Shown one piece after another: positions 1-9,351 of a stretch of DNA of 52,467 bases; position 1 is the first letter of the stretch; each line of letters starts with the position of its first letter. Position numbers and translations under genes: made by a program. The DNA comes from Candidatus Latescibacterota bacterium (GTDB lineage: Bacteria; Latescibacterota; UBA2968; UBA8231), in contig JAPYQE010000004.1 of the NCBI GenBank assembly GCA_029941315.1, positions 143-52,609 of the forward strand. The letters run 5' to 3'. A model generated the notes under the pieces. The model saw nothing but the letters and a program-made list of their open reading frames with translations. It searched no databases and was not told the DNA's origin.

Positions 1-2
1 AT

Positions 3-347
3 ATGGCGAGTGTGTTGGCTTTTTCGCCGGAGCGCAATTTTTTTGCTGCACATGCCTATGCGGCGAGCAAGGGGGCGATCGTATCGATGAGCAAGGCGGC
101 GGCGGCCTATTACGCGCCGCATAAGATACGTGTCAACGCGATTGCGCCGGCTTTGGTCGAGACGCCGATGAGCAAGCGAGCGGGGGAGAACACGGAGATT
201 ATGGCGTTTATGCGGAAAAAGCAGCCTTTGGCGGCGATGATGACGGCCGAAGACGTGGCGGGCATGGCGGTCTTTCTGTTGGGGGACGCGGCGCGGGCGA
301 TTACGGGCGATGTGGTGTCGGTTGATGCGGGTTGGTGTGTGAGCTGA
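3..347 (+). CDS. SDR family oxidoreductase, 5'-truncated by window edge
   Basis: Catalytic YAASK (YxxxK), IRVNAIAP, and C-terminal ITGDVVSVDAG typical of classical SDRs. Confidence 0.9.
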   Translation: MASVLAFSPERNFFAAHAYAASKGAIVSMSKAAAAYYAPHKIRVNAIAPALVETPMSKRAGENTEIMAFMRKKQPLAAMMTAEDVAGMAVFLLGDAARAITGDVVSVDAGWCVS

Positions 348-363
348 TGAGAGGAGCACTTTG

Positions 364-1341
364 ATGAAGGATTATGTTATCGGTTTTGATGTGGGCGGGA
401 CCCGGCTTAAGAGCGGCGCGGTGACCCGAAGAGGCAAAATGATGGCGCCGGGTATTAATCCGTCGGGTTTTGCGCTGGGCATGGGGAATTTGCTCAAGGC
501 GTTCAGGGGCGAGGTCGCGAGGATATCCGAGAAATTGGGCGGCAAGCCGCAGGCGATTGGGCTGGGTTTTCCCGGTGCGGTAGACCCGGAGGTCGGTGTG
601 GTGTATTTGCCGGGCAAACTGAAGGGGCTCGAAGGCTATCCGATCGTCAAGCGGTTGGCCAAGGCCACTGGCGTACCGGTTATAGCCGACAACGACGGAC
701 GGATCTCGATTTATGCCGAACGCCATTACGGCCTGGCGCAGGACCAGGACTGGGCGGTGTCGATTACGCTGGGTACCGGGGTCGGCTCTGGGGTCTTGCT
801 CGACGGTAAAATTCTGCGCGACCCGCACCTGCAATTCGGGACGCAGATGAGCCATATCGTGATGCAGGCCAATGGTGGCCGGTTGTGCATCACCAACGCG
901 CGTGGCACCGCGGATATGATGTGCTCGGCCACGGCGCTGGCGAATCAAGTCCGGGATGGGCTTTCGCGCGGTATTCCCTCGGTGTTGAGCGACGCGTATT
1001 TCAAGGATGCCGACTCGATCGATTTCAAGGCGGTGATCCGCGGCGTCTCGCGCAAGGACCGGCTCTGTGTCGACGAGTTACAACACTGGACCCGCAATCT
1101 GGGTTGGTTGCTGGTGAGCGCGGTGCATGTCTACGCGCCGGAGCGGATTATCTTGAGCGGTGGGGCGACGAACGCGGCCGAGCATTTTCTCGCACCATTG
1201 CAACAACACGTTAACGAACATTTGTTCCGTCACCCGGTGGGCGAGGGCGTGCCAATCATGCTTTCCAAACTGCGCAATCACGCGGGAGTTTTGGGCTCGG
1301 CGGCATTGGCCTGGGAAAAGGCGGATGGAGATAAATTATGA
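364..1341 (+). CDS. ROK family sugar kinase (atypical Zn/sugar motif)
   Basis: N-terminal FDVGGT ATP motif, GFPG, DND, TLGTGVGSG; no HTH; GAGGAG SD upstream of ATG 364. Confidence 0.9.
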   Translation: MKDYVIGFDVGGTRLKSGAVTRRGKMMAPGINPSGFALGMGNLLKAFRGEVARISEKLGGKPQAIGLGFPGAVDPEVGVVYLPGKLKGLEGYPIVKRLAKATGVPVIADNDGRISIYAERHYGLAQDQDWAVSITLGTGVGSGVLLDGKILRDPHLQFGTQMSHIVMQANGGRLCITNARGTADMMCSATALANQVRDGLSRGIPSVLSDAYFKDADSIDFKAVIRGVSRKDRLCVDELQHWTRNLGWLLVSAVHVYAPERIILSGGATNAAEHFLAPLQQHVNEHLFRHPVGEGVPIMLSKLRNHAGVLGSAALAWEKADGDKL

Positions 1342-2375
1342 AAGAACGACCGTTGCGCACGACTGTTATTGGTTCCTATCCCTTCCCCAGTTGGCTCGAA
1401 CACGCTTCAGCGCATTTAGACGCCTTTGGCCCGGACGATATCGCCGAGATGCAGGACGACGCGGTCGTCGCCGCACTTGGTGACCAGATACGCTCGGGGC
1501 TCGACGTGGTTACTGACGGCGAGCAGACGCGTTTTGATTTTAATCTTTCGTTCTACGGTTATATCGAGGGCATAGATCTCGAATCGGCACCGCCGAGGCG
1601 CTTTGGCCCGCCGGCGCACGACCAGCGCGGACGTCACGCGATAACTGGGGAATTGGTGGCCTCGCGCGGTTTGGGCGCAGTGGAGGAGTTCGAGCGGCTC
1701 AAAAGGCTGGCGCCGGACGGGCCGACGCTCAAAGCCAGTGTGCCGGGGCCGTATACGTTGAGCGGGCGGCTGTTGCCGAATGATCAGTATCGGGATCGTT
1801 GGGCGGTGACCGAGGCGCTATTGCCGATGGTGCGCAGGGAGTTAGAGGCATTGGTCGCAGCGGGCTGTACTGAGCTGACGGTCGACGAGCCGTCGATGAG
1901 TTGTTATGCGCACCGCGAAGACCCGGCACGCTTTGTCGAGATCTTCAACCGCACGGTTGAGTCCGTCGCGGGCAAGTGTCATCTGTCGACACATTTGTGC
2001 TTTGGCAACTTCAAGGGGCACGCGGTGGGTCTGCGCCATTACGCGCCGATGTTCCCGGCCTTTATGGATATGAACGTGGACGAGATCCATGTCGAGATGG
2101 CCAGCCGCGAATACGCCGAGTTGGAGGTGATCGGCAAGATCGCGGAGAGGACCGATGTGGCGGTGGGGATTATCGATGTCAAGAGCTACTATATCGAAAC
2201 GGTCGAAGACATCGCGGCCAGAGTCGAACAGTGTTTGCAGCACGCGCCGGCTGACCGGCTTTCTTTTGCGCCCGATTGCGGACTGAGCCAGACGGCGCGC
2301 TGGGCGGCGAAACGCAAGTTGGAGAATATGGTCGCGGGGGTGCAGGTCGTGCGGGAGAAGATCGGGTGCCCTTGA
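1338..2375 (+). CDS. Cobalamin-independent methionine synthase II-like (single-barrel MetE-type Zn alkyltransferase)
   Basis: TTVIGSYP, TDGE, Zn ligands HLC...E...PDCG, GIIDVK; ATGA overlap with ROK gene. Confidence 0.88.
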   Translation: MKERPLRTTVIGSYPFPSWLEHASAHLDAFGPDDIAEMQDDAVVAALGDQIRSGLDVVTDGEQTRFDFNLSFYGYIEGIDLESAPPRRFGPPAHDQRGRHAITGELVASRGLGAVEEFERLKRLAPDGPTLKASVPGPYTLSGRLLPNDQYRDRWAVTEALLPMVRRELEALVAAGCTELTVDEPSMSCYAHREDPARFVEIFNRTVESVAGKCHLSTHLCFGNFKGHAVGLRHYAPMFPAFMDMNVDEIHVEMASREYAELEVIGKIAERTDVAVGIIDVKSYYIETVEDIAARVEQCLQHAPADRLSFAPDCGLSQTARWAAKRKLENMVAGVQVVREKIGCP

Positions 2376-3220
2376 TCGAGGCGGTGCAGAAAGACCAGGT
2401 GTTATTAGATGATATCGCATCGCGGCGGCATGGTGGGGATTTGTCGATTTGGTGGTTGGGGCAGAGCGGTTTTCTGGTGCAGTGGCAGGACCGTCACCTG
2501 CTCTTTGACCCCTATCTCAGCGATTCGCTGACGGTCAAATACGCCACTACCGACAAGCCGCATGTGCGTATGACGGAGATTGCCGTCGACACAGCGCGGT
2601 TGGAATTTGTAGACCTGGTTACTTCGACGCACAATCACACCGATCATCTCGACGCCGAAACGCTTTTGCCGTTGATGGCGGCTAATCCCGAAATGCAATT
2701 GCTCGTGCCCGAGGCGAACCGCGCCTTTGCCGCCGAGCGCTTGGCTTGTGATCCGGCCTGGTTGGTGGGCATGGTCGACGGCGGCCACTATGAGGCGGCA
2801 GGATTCGCGGTGGAGGGTGTGCCGGCGGCGCACGAGGAACTGGAGATCGACGCCGAGGCGCGGCACAAGTTTATGGGTTATGTCGCCCGTTGCGGCGAGT
2901 GGACGATATACCATAGCGGCGATACGATGGCCTACGAGGGTATGGAAGAGCGGCTGTCGGGCTTGGGTATCGATATCGCGCTATTGCCGATTAATGGTCG
3001 CGCGCCGGAGAGGCGGGTGGCGGGCAATCTTTTTGGCGAAGAAGCGGCGCGTTTGGCGCAAGCGATCGGCGCCCGTGTGGTCATTCCCTGTCATTATGAG
3101 ATGTTCGAATTTAACACCGCGTCGCCGGAGGAATTTTCGCGAGAGTGCGAGCGGCTCGGCCAAGGTAGTCAGGTGCTGCACTGCGGCGAACGCTGGAGCA
3201 GCGAGGAGCTAGTGTCATGA
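2372..3220 (+). CDS. MBL-fold metallo-hydrolase (UlaG-like lactonase)
   Basis: WLGQSGF, DPYLS, THNHTDH, YHSGDT, LPING, IPCHY; TTG start overlaps upstream TGA. Confidence 0.88.
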   Translation: MIEAVQKDQVLLDDIASRRHGGDLSIWWLGQSGFLVQWQDRHLLFDPYLSDSLTVKYATTDKPHVRMTEIAVDTARLEFVDLVTSTHNHTDHLDAETLLPLMAANPEMQLLVPEANRAFAAERLACDPAWLVGMVDGGHYEAAGFAVEGVPAAHEELEIDAEARHKFMGYVARCGEWTIYHSGDTMAYEGMEERLSGLGIDIALLPINGRAPERRVAGNLFGEEAARLAQAIGARVVIPCHYEMFEFNTASPEEFSRECERLGQGSQVLHCGERWSSEELVS

Positions 3221-4293
3221 GCAAGTGGAAAGTCGCTGCGATCAACTTCGCCCATATGCATATGGGCGACAACTTGCGGATGGCTTTTGAGCACGAGGAT
3301 GTCGAAATTGTCGGTCTTTGCGACGAGCAACCCGAACGCATGCAGTCGGCGATCGAGAATTTTGCGATTCCATCGGATCGGGTTTTTAGCGATTATCGCG
3401 AGTGCTTGCAGAAGACGGAGCCGGATATCGTCTTGTTGTGCCCTGCAACTGCCGAACACGGCGAGTGGACCGAGAAGATCGCGCCCTTCGGCGTGCACAT
3501 CATTATGGAGAAACCCTTTGCCGCCACGCTCTACGAAGCCGACAGAATGCAGGTGGCTATGCGGGGCATGGGCAAGCTATTGGTGATCAACTGGCCTTTA
3601 GCCTGGTATCCGCCGCATTGCACCGCCAGGCGATTGATTACAGACGGTGAGATCGGCGAAGTGCTCGAGGTGCATTATTACGATGGCAACCGCGGGCCGT
3701 TGTGGCACGTGGCCGATAAGGTCGAGAAGACGGCGGCGGATGTCGAAGCGGGCAAAGCGGCGAGTTGGTTTTATAAGAGAGATTCGGGCGGCGGCTCTCT
3801 GCTGGATTATCTCGGTTATGGCGTGACCTTGGGAACCTGGTTTATGGATGGTCGCGCGCCGATAGAAGTGACGACCACGGTCGACCAGCCGAGCGGGCTC
3901 GAAGTGGACGAGCACAGTATCACCGTGGCGCGCTATGCGCAGGGCTTGTCGAAATTCGAGACGCGGTGGGGCACCTTCACCGACCCGTGGACTTTGCAAC
4001 CGCAGCCCCAATGCGGCTTTGTTATCGTCGGACGCGAAGGCACGATCAGCTCTTATGATTACGAAGAGACGATTCGCGTGCAGACGCGGGCGAATCCCGA
4101 AGGTAAGGTGAGGCCGGTCGATGTATTGCAGGCACCTTTTCAGAACCCGGTCCAGTATATGATTCACTGTATCGAAGAAGGTCAGCCGATTGAGGGTCCG
4201 CTCTCGCCGGGTATGTGCCGCATTGGCCAACAGATCGTCGATACCGCGGTACAAAGCGCGGAACAGAAGTGCACCCTACCCTTATTCGAATAA
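3217..4293 (+). CDS. Gfo/Idh/MocA family oxidoreductase
   Basis: N-terminal Rossmann-like region, MEKP motif, GGGSLLDY; ATGA overlap. Confidence 0.88.
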   Translation: MSKWKVAAINFAHMHMGDNLRMAFEHEDVEIVGLCDEQPERMQSAIENFAIPSDRVFSDYRECLQKTEPDIVLLCPATAEHGEWTEKIAPFGVHIIMEKPFAATLYEADRMQVAMRGMGKLLVINWPLAWYPPHCTARRLITDGEIGEVLEVHYYDGNRGPLWHVADKVEKTAADVEAGKAASWFYKRDSGGGSLLDYLGYGVTLGTWFMDGRAPIEVTTTVDQPSGLEVDEHSITVARYAQGLSKFETRWGTFTDPWTLQPQPQCGFVIVGREGTISSYDYEETIRVQTRANPEGKVRPVDVLQAPFQNPVQYMIHCIEEGQPIEGPLSPGMCRIGQQIVDTAVQSAEQKCTLPLFE

Positions 4294-4294
4294 G

Positions 4295-5413
4295 ATGGCA
4301 GACGAGCAAGACAGCGGCTACGGTCGGGGGAAAATTGGGTCGGAAGATGAGGTCGCAGCCCCGGACCTGCCCTACCAACCGCGCGACCCGGAATCTTATC
4401 GCCCGGCGATAGGTCTGATCGGTTGCGGCGGCATATCCGAAATGCATCTGCGGGCGTATAAAAACGCCGGTTATGAGGTTGCGGCATTGTGCAGCAGGGA
4501 CCGTGCAAGGGCGGAGGGGCGGCGCGATGAATTTTATCCTGAGGCCGATATTTATCTGGACTATCGCGATCTGCTCGCGCGCGATGATATCGAGGTGGTC
4601 GATATCACGCCGCACCCGGAGGAGCGGGTGCCGATTCTTGCAGCGGCGATTGACGCCGAAAAGCATATTCTGAGCCAGAAGCCCTTTGTCGTCGACCTAG
4701 ATGTTGGTGAGGCGTTGGTGGCGCGGGCCGATGCGCGGGGCGTGAAAATGGCGGTCAACCAGAATGGCCGCTGGGCGCCGCATTTTAGTTATATGCGACA
4801 GGCGGTGGCGGCCGGACTAGTCGGCAAAGTGCAGAGTGTGCAATTCGCCGTGCACTGGGACCACAACTGGATCGCTGGTTCGGCCTTTGACGAGGTAGAG
4901 GACCTGGTGCTCTACGATTTCGGGGTGCACTGGTTTGATATGGCCCTCGCGCTTTTGCGCGACGAGAAACCGCAGAAGGTTTATGCCTCAGCTAGACGTT
5001 TTGCCGGGCAGAGGGCCAAGCCGCCGCTGCTGGCGCAGGTGGCGATTGAATGCGCCAGCGCGCAAGCGTCGATATTCTTCAATGGCAACACTCGTCAGGG
5101 CCAGGAGGACCGTACCTATTTGGTCGGCAGCGAAGGGGCGATCGGTGCCTACGGTGTAGACTTGACGGCGCAGGAGGTCGTGCTTTACACGGCAGCAGGT
5201 ATGGCGCGGCCCAAGCTCGTGGGAACATGGTTTGAACAGGGTTTCCATGGGACTATGGCCGAATTGCTTTGCGCGATCGAAGAGCGTCGTGAACCACTTA
5301 ACGGTGCCCGCGCCAATCTCGAAAGTTTGGCGCTCTGTTTCGCGGCGGTGGAGAGCGCGCATCGGGGCGAATCGATTGTGCCAGGCACAGTGCGGACTTT
5401 GCCTGTTTTTTGA
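4295..5413 (+). CDS. Gfo/Idh/MocA family oxidoreductase
   Basis: IGCGGI nucleotide-binding motif, SQKP, NQNGRW, DFGVHWFD; ATG 1 nt after previous stop. Confidence 0.9.
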   Translation: MADEQDSGYGRGKIGSEDEVAAPDLPYQPRDPESYRPAIGLIGCGGISEMHLRAYKNAGYEVAALCSRDRARAEGRRDEFYPEADIYLDYRDLLARDDIEVVDITPHPEERVPILAAAIDAEKHILSQKPFVVDLDVGEALVARADARGVKMAVNQNGRWAPHFSYMRQAVAAGLVGKVQSVQFAVHWDHNWIAGSAFDEVEDLVLYDFGVHWFDMALALLRDEKPQKVYASARRFAGQRAKPPLLAQVAIECASAQASIFFNGNTRQGQEDRTYLVGSEGAIGAYGVDLTAQEVVLYTAAGMARPKLVGTWFEQGFHGTMAELLCAIEERREPLNGARANLESLALCFAAVESAHRGESIVPGTVRTLPVF

Positions 5414-5562
5414 TTTGCCACGCTAGGAATATATATTATCGGAAAGGGCCGTATTCGAAGGTAAGCTCGATGCGGTTTTTTTAGGGCGAAGCCAATATAC
5501 ATTTCGGGCTATCTTTTTAGGCTTCGAGGTGTCGTTTCCGTTCGCGCCATCAGATACGCGCA

Positions 5563-6534
5563 TCAGTTCATGCGCTCGAGCTTCCAAACATCGCTTTCCA
5601 TATTATTTCCGGCGATGACCCACAGAGCGTCTTGATAGATGCAGACGCTGGCGGCGTGTCGAGGTGCCCATGGCACGTCGGGTAGTTCGTGCCAGGTCTC
5701 GCCGTCGGGCGAGTACCAGACATCGTTGAGGTTGTCGGTGCCGTTGTGCCCCTCCAATACCCACAGCTTATCGTCGAAGACCGCTACTTCGTGGTAGTCG
5801 CGCGGCGGCCAGGGCGCCTGCTCGTTGTGGCATTGCCAGTGCACGCCGTCGGCGGAGCTCCAGATGTCGCGGTAGTAGATGCGATCGGGTTTGTCCGGTG
5901 TGTCGTAGGTGCCGCCGCCGAGAATCCAGACACGGTCGTTGAAGATTGCGCTGCCGCCGATCATGCCGCGCGGTGTCCAACGCGGCTCGGCCGATTCGAG
6001 CCGTTGCCATTCTACGCCGTCTTCGGTGTTCCAGACGTCATTGTAGTAGTGTTGTTCGGCCGGGGCGAATTGCGGCAGGGTTTGGCCGCCGAGGATCCAG
6101 ATTTTGTCCTGAAAAACGAAGGTGTAGTGCAATACGCGCTGTGCCCAGGGGACTTCGTTATTGATAAGATCCCATTCAACCCCATTGGCCGAAGACCAGA
6201 CGTCTGATTGGTAGTGGCCTTGGTTGCAGTCGCCGCCGACGATCCACATGCGATCCTTATAAACAGCGTAACCGGCGGTATGGCGCCCTTCCCAATCGGC
6301 GGCGGGGTCGTAGCTGTTGGTATAGGTGTTGTCTTTGTCGAGCGTCCATTCGACCCCATCGGCCGACGACCAGACCTCGTTGTTGCAGACGCGGGGGAAG
6401 TAGGTCGTATCGTCGGGATTCCAGCCGCCGATGATCCATATTCTGTCGTTGTAGACCAACGCGCCGGCCCCGTCGCGGGGGGCAAAGGGGGCCGCGTCGG
6501 TGAGTTGCGTCCATTTATAATTCGCTTGGCTCAT
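5563..6534 (-). CDS. Kelch/Asp-box repeat beta-propeller protein
   Basis: About six repeats of R..H...V(F/Y).D..W..GG...(N/S)DVW.S.DG..W; no signal peptide. Confidence 0.8.
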   Translation of the reverse strand: MSQANYKWTQLTDAAPFAPRDGAGALVYNDRIWIIGGWNPDDTTYFPRVCNNEVWSSADGVEWTLDKDNTYTNSYDPAADWEGRHTAGYAVYKDRMWIVGGDCNQGHYQSDVWSSANGVEWDLINNEVPWAQRVLHYTFVFQDKIWILGGQTLPQFAPAEQHYYNDVWNTEDGVEWQRLESAEPRWTPRGMIGGSAIFNDRVWILGGGTYDTPDKPDRIYYRDIWSSADGVHWQCHNEQAPWPPRDYHEVAVFDDKLWVLEGHNGTDNLNDVWYSPDGETWHELPDVPWAPRHAASVCIYQDALWVIAGNNMESDVWKLERMN

Positions 6535-6679
6535 CTTTGTTGCCTATGGGTGGAGGAGTAGTGAAGGCGTTTGGCGTAAATATGAATGCCGAACGCGTAG
6601 AGACCAAATGGCATTTTATTGTTCTGCATCGATGGTTTTGCCCATAACCTCCAGATTTGTTAAATCTTGGGCCAACTCG

Positions 6680-6810
6680 GCGCCGATCCAGGACGAAATT
6701 GATCGGCCGGTGCGCTGGAACTCAAATGCGGATTTGTCCGCAGTGGCTAATCGACCGGTGCGGTTGTGTTTTGCGCTGGGCAACGCGGTTATTTATGCAT
6801 TTCGTTTTAG
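6680..6810 (+). pseudogene. C-terminal remnant of a deleted gene (uncharacterised propeller/glycoside hydrolase-like family)
   Basis: DEIDRPVRWNSNADLSAVANRPVRLCFALGNAVIYAFRF resembles a recurrent C-terminal motif (D....V.W....D.S.L...PVRL.F.L....YSF.F); in frame with but upstream of the SD of the PhyH gene. Confidence 0.55.
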
Positions 6811-6823
6811 GGGAGTATACACA

Positions 6824-7711
6824 TTGTCCGACGAGACCTTGGAACTGACAGTGGAACAGAGGCGGCAGTTTGATGAGGATGGTTTTTTTCTCGTTGAAGA
6901 TGCGCTGGAGCCCGATGAGGTTGCGGCGCTATTGGCCGTAATCGATGCTTTTTATGTTCGTTTCGCCGCAGAGCGTGCATTTGGGCCGCACGAGGCATTG
7001 CAGATGCGCAATATCGTCGCGGCCGACCCGCTGTTGAAGGAGATGATGGAACACCCGCGGATCTTGCCGCTGGTGGTGGACCTGATGGGATTCAATATAC
7101 AATTACGCACCTCGCATCTGGATGTACGGCCACCGATGGAGCAGGAGCACGGCGAGAAAGTGCTCGGTTCGCCGGAGAGCTTTTTCTCTTGGCATGCGGA
7201 CGGGCCGAATTTCGGTTGGCCAGAAGTCGACGGCGTCTTGCCTTTTATGGAGATGAAGGTCGGCTACTATCTGACGGATCTCACTGCGCACAATAGTGGC
7301 GCGATTTGTGTGGTGAGGGGTAGCCATCGCACCAGCCCTTGGCTCGACGGACAGCGGGAAAAGGGTGCGGACCCCGAGCGCATCGTCGAGGTCAATGTCA
7401 AACCCGGTACCGCGTTGGTGTGGCGCACCGCACTCTGGCACTGCCTGACGCCGAACCTGGCGGGCGATGCGCGCAAATGTCTCTATTATGGTTATCATCA
7501 CCGTTGGATGCGCTCTTCAGATTTTGACCACCAGCGGCCCGAGGTGCTTGCAGGATGCACGCCCATCCAGTTGCAGCTTTTGGGCGAGTTGGGCACGGGT
7601 AAGGACAATTACACCGGTGACGATCCGGAGATGCATCCGGTCTCGCGTTATTGGCGGCCCCAGGATGAAGATATTCCGCTCAAGGCCTGGGCCGAAGGGC
7701 AGCGGCGATGA
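6824..7711 (+). CDS. Phytanoyl-CoA dioxygenase (PhyH) family Fe(II)/2OG oxygenase
   Basis: F.EDGF..VE, WHAD facial-triad motif, GSHR, distal WH and R; TTG start after GGGAG SD. Confidence 0.88.
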   Translation: MSDETLELTVEQRRQFDEDGFFLVEDALEPDEVAALLAVIDAFYVRFAAERAFGPHEALQMRNIVAADPLLKEMMEHPRILPLVVDLMGFNIQLRTSHLDVRPPMEQEHGEKVLGSPESFFSWHADGPNFGWPEVDGVLPFMEMKVGYYLTDLTAHNSGAICVVRGSHRTSPWLDGQREKGADPERIVEVNVKPGTALVWRTALWHCLTPNLAGDARKCLYYGYHHRWMRSSDFDHQRPEVLAGCTPIQLQLLGELGTGKDNYTGDDPEMHPVSRYWRPQDEDIPLKAWAEGQRR

Positions 7712-8502
7712 GCGCTATTTATCTGCTGGTGCGCGCCGATGATATCGGCATGGCACATAACGCCAACGAAGCCTGTATGCATACCTTTCGCGAAGGTATT
7801 GCGCGATCGGTCGAGTTGATGGCGCCGTGCGCGTGGTTTATGGAGGCGGTGCGATTGCTCGACGCGTGTCCCGAATACGATGTGGGCGTACACCTGACGC
7901 TGACCAGCGAATGGGAAAATATTAAATGGGCGCCGCTGACCGCCGCGTCGAGCTTGGTGACGGATGCGGGTTATTTCTGCACGACCCTGCGCTCGCGTAA
8001 AGAGGGCGTTAAAGGGTTGTTAGATCTCGATTGGGATATAACGGAGGTCGAGGCTGAATTGCGGGCGCAGATCGAGCGGGTGCTCGTGCATGTGCCACAC
8101 GCCTCGCATTTGAGCGGGCATATGGGCTTGATGCGGGTGGACGAGCGAATAGGGGTGGTATGCAGCAAGCTGGAGGAGGAATATGGGTTAGGTGTTGATA
8201 TGGAGGGGTTTGAACGCTTTGCCGGTTTTGGGTCGCGCAGCCAATCGTTGGTACCGGAACAGAAGGTGGAGCTGCTGCGGGAAAATTTGCAACGCCTTGG
8301 ATGGGGACGATGGCTCTTTATCGAACATCCGGCTTTCCAATGCGCGGAGGCTAGGGCGCTCGGTCATGCCGGATATGATAATGTGGCAGTGGATCGGGAG
8401 GGGGTTGTCCGTGCTTGGACGGATAAACGGGTCCAGGAAATCATCCGCGAGCGAAATATTAAACTGGTCAGTTATGCCGACGTGAAGAAAGGGCTGGTCT
8501 AG
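7708..8502 (+). CDS. ChbG/HpnK/YdjC family carbohydrate deacetylase
   Basis: RADDIG, GVHLTLTSEW, ELRAQI, H..GHM, EHP. Confidence 0.88.
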   Translation: MSAIYLLVRADDIGMAHNANEACMHTFREGIARSVELMAPCAWFMEAVRLLDACPEYDVGVHLTLTSEWENIKWAPLTAASSLVTDAGYFCTTLRSRKEGVKGLLDLDWDITEVEAELRAQIERVLVHVPHASHLSGHMGLMRVDERIGVVCSKLEEEYGLGVDMEGFERFAGFGSRSQSLVPEQKVELLRENLQRLGWGRWLFIEHPAFQCAEARALGHAGYDNVAVDREGVVRAWTDKRVQEIIRERNIKLVSYADVKKGLV

Positions 8503-9351
8503 ATGGATACGAGTTGTCTGCAATATGCTCTGACCGAAGAAGAACGTCAGCAATTCGAGATGGACGGGTTTCTGGTCGTTCGCGACGTGTTGCCTGCTGA
8601 GAGGGTTGCGGAGTTGATACCGGTGGTCGATCGTCTCGATGCCGAGTATCGGCCCAAGATGGGGCTGGCAGATATCGAGATGCTCAATCTATTCGACTTT
8701 ATCGGCAAGGACGCACTTTTTTTGCCCTTACTCGACTGGCCGAACACCTTCGCCAAGGTCTTTGGGATATTAGGTTGGCATATACAGCTCTACCATTCGC
8801 ATATGATCGTCACGCCCCCTTTAAATGGTGCAGAGCCCAAACGCAAAAGGCTCGGTTGGCACCAGGACAGCGGTCGGCTCAATATGGATTTCGAAACCGA
8901 GCCGCGGCCGAGGGTATCGCTCAAGGTTGCATTTTTCCTAACGGATTGCACGGACACTGACCGCGGTAATTTTCACGCGGTGCCCGGCTCACATCTGCGC
9001 AACGCGGTGGAGATGCCCGCTGATGGGGACGCCGACCCAGCGGGGGCGGTGCCGATACGGGTGGCGGCCGGCGACGCGGTGTTTTTTGACCGGCGGATTT
9101 GGCATGCAGCTGGCCACAACTATTCACCCAACGCACGCAAAGTGCTGTTTTATGGGTATAGCTATCGTTGGTTGCGGCCGCGCGACGATATGACCGTTGC
9201 ACATTTAATGGATCGTTGCGATCCGATCCAACAGCAGTTGTTGGGCGCGGGGCCGAGCGGCGGGCACGGGTATACTTCGCCGAAGGAGGAGGATGTGCCG
9301 CTGAGAGAATGGATACGCGAGCACTTGGGCGAAGAGGCGGTGATCCGATGA
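8503..9351 (+). CDS. PhyH family Fe(II)/2OG oxygenase
   Basis: WHQD, PGSH, GDAVFFDRRIWH, N....R. Confidence 0.9.
   Translation: MDTSCLQYALTEEERQQFEMDGFLVVRDVLPAERVAELIPVVDRLDAEYRPKMGLADIEMLNLFDFIGKDALFLPLLDWPNTFAKVFGILGWHIQLYHSHMIVTPPLNGAEPKRKRLGWHQDSGRLNMDFETEPRPRVSLKVAFFLTDCTDTDRGNFHAVPGSHLRNAVEMPADGDADPAGAVPIRVAAGDAVFFDRRIWHAAGHNYSPNARKVLFYGYSYRWLRPRDDMTVAHLMDRCDPIQQQLLGAGPSGGHGYTSPKEEDVPLREWIREHLGEEAVIR

Noticed and set aside
2276-2371. Upstream extensions of ORFs 2276, 4190, 9168, 26307 and 41355
   Set aside because: Downstream starts with stop/start coupling or SD sequences fit family N-termini better.
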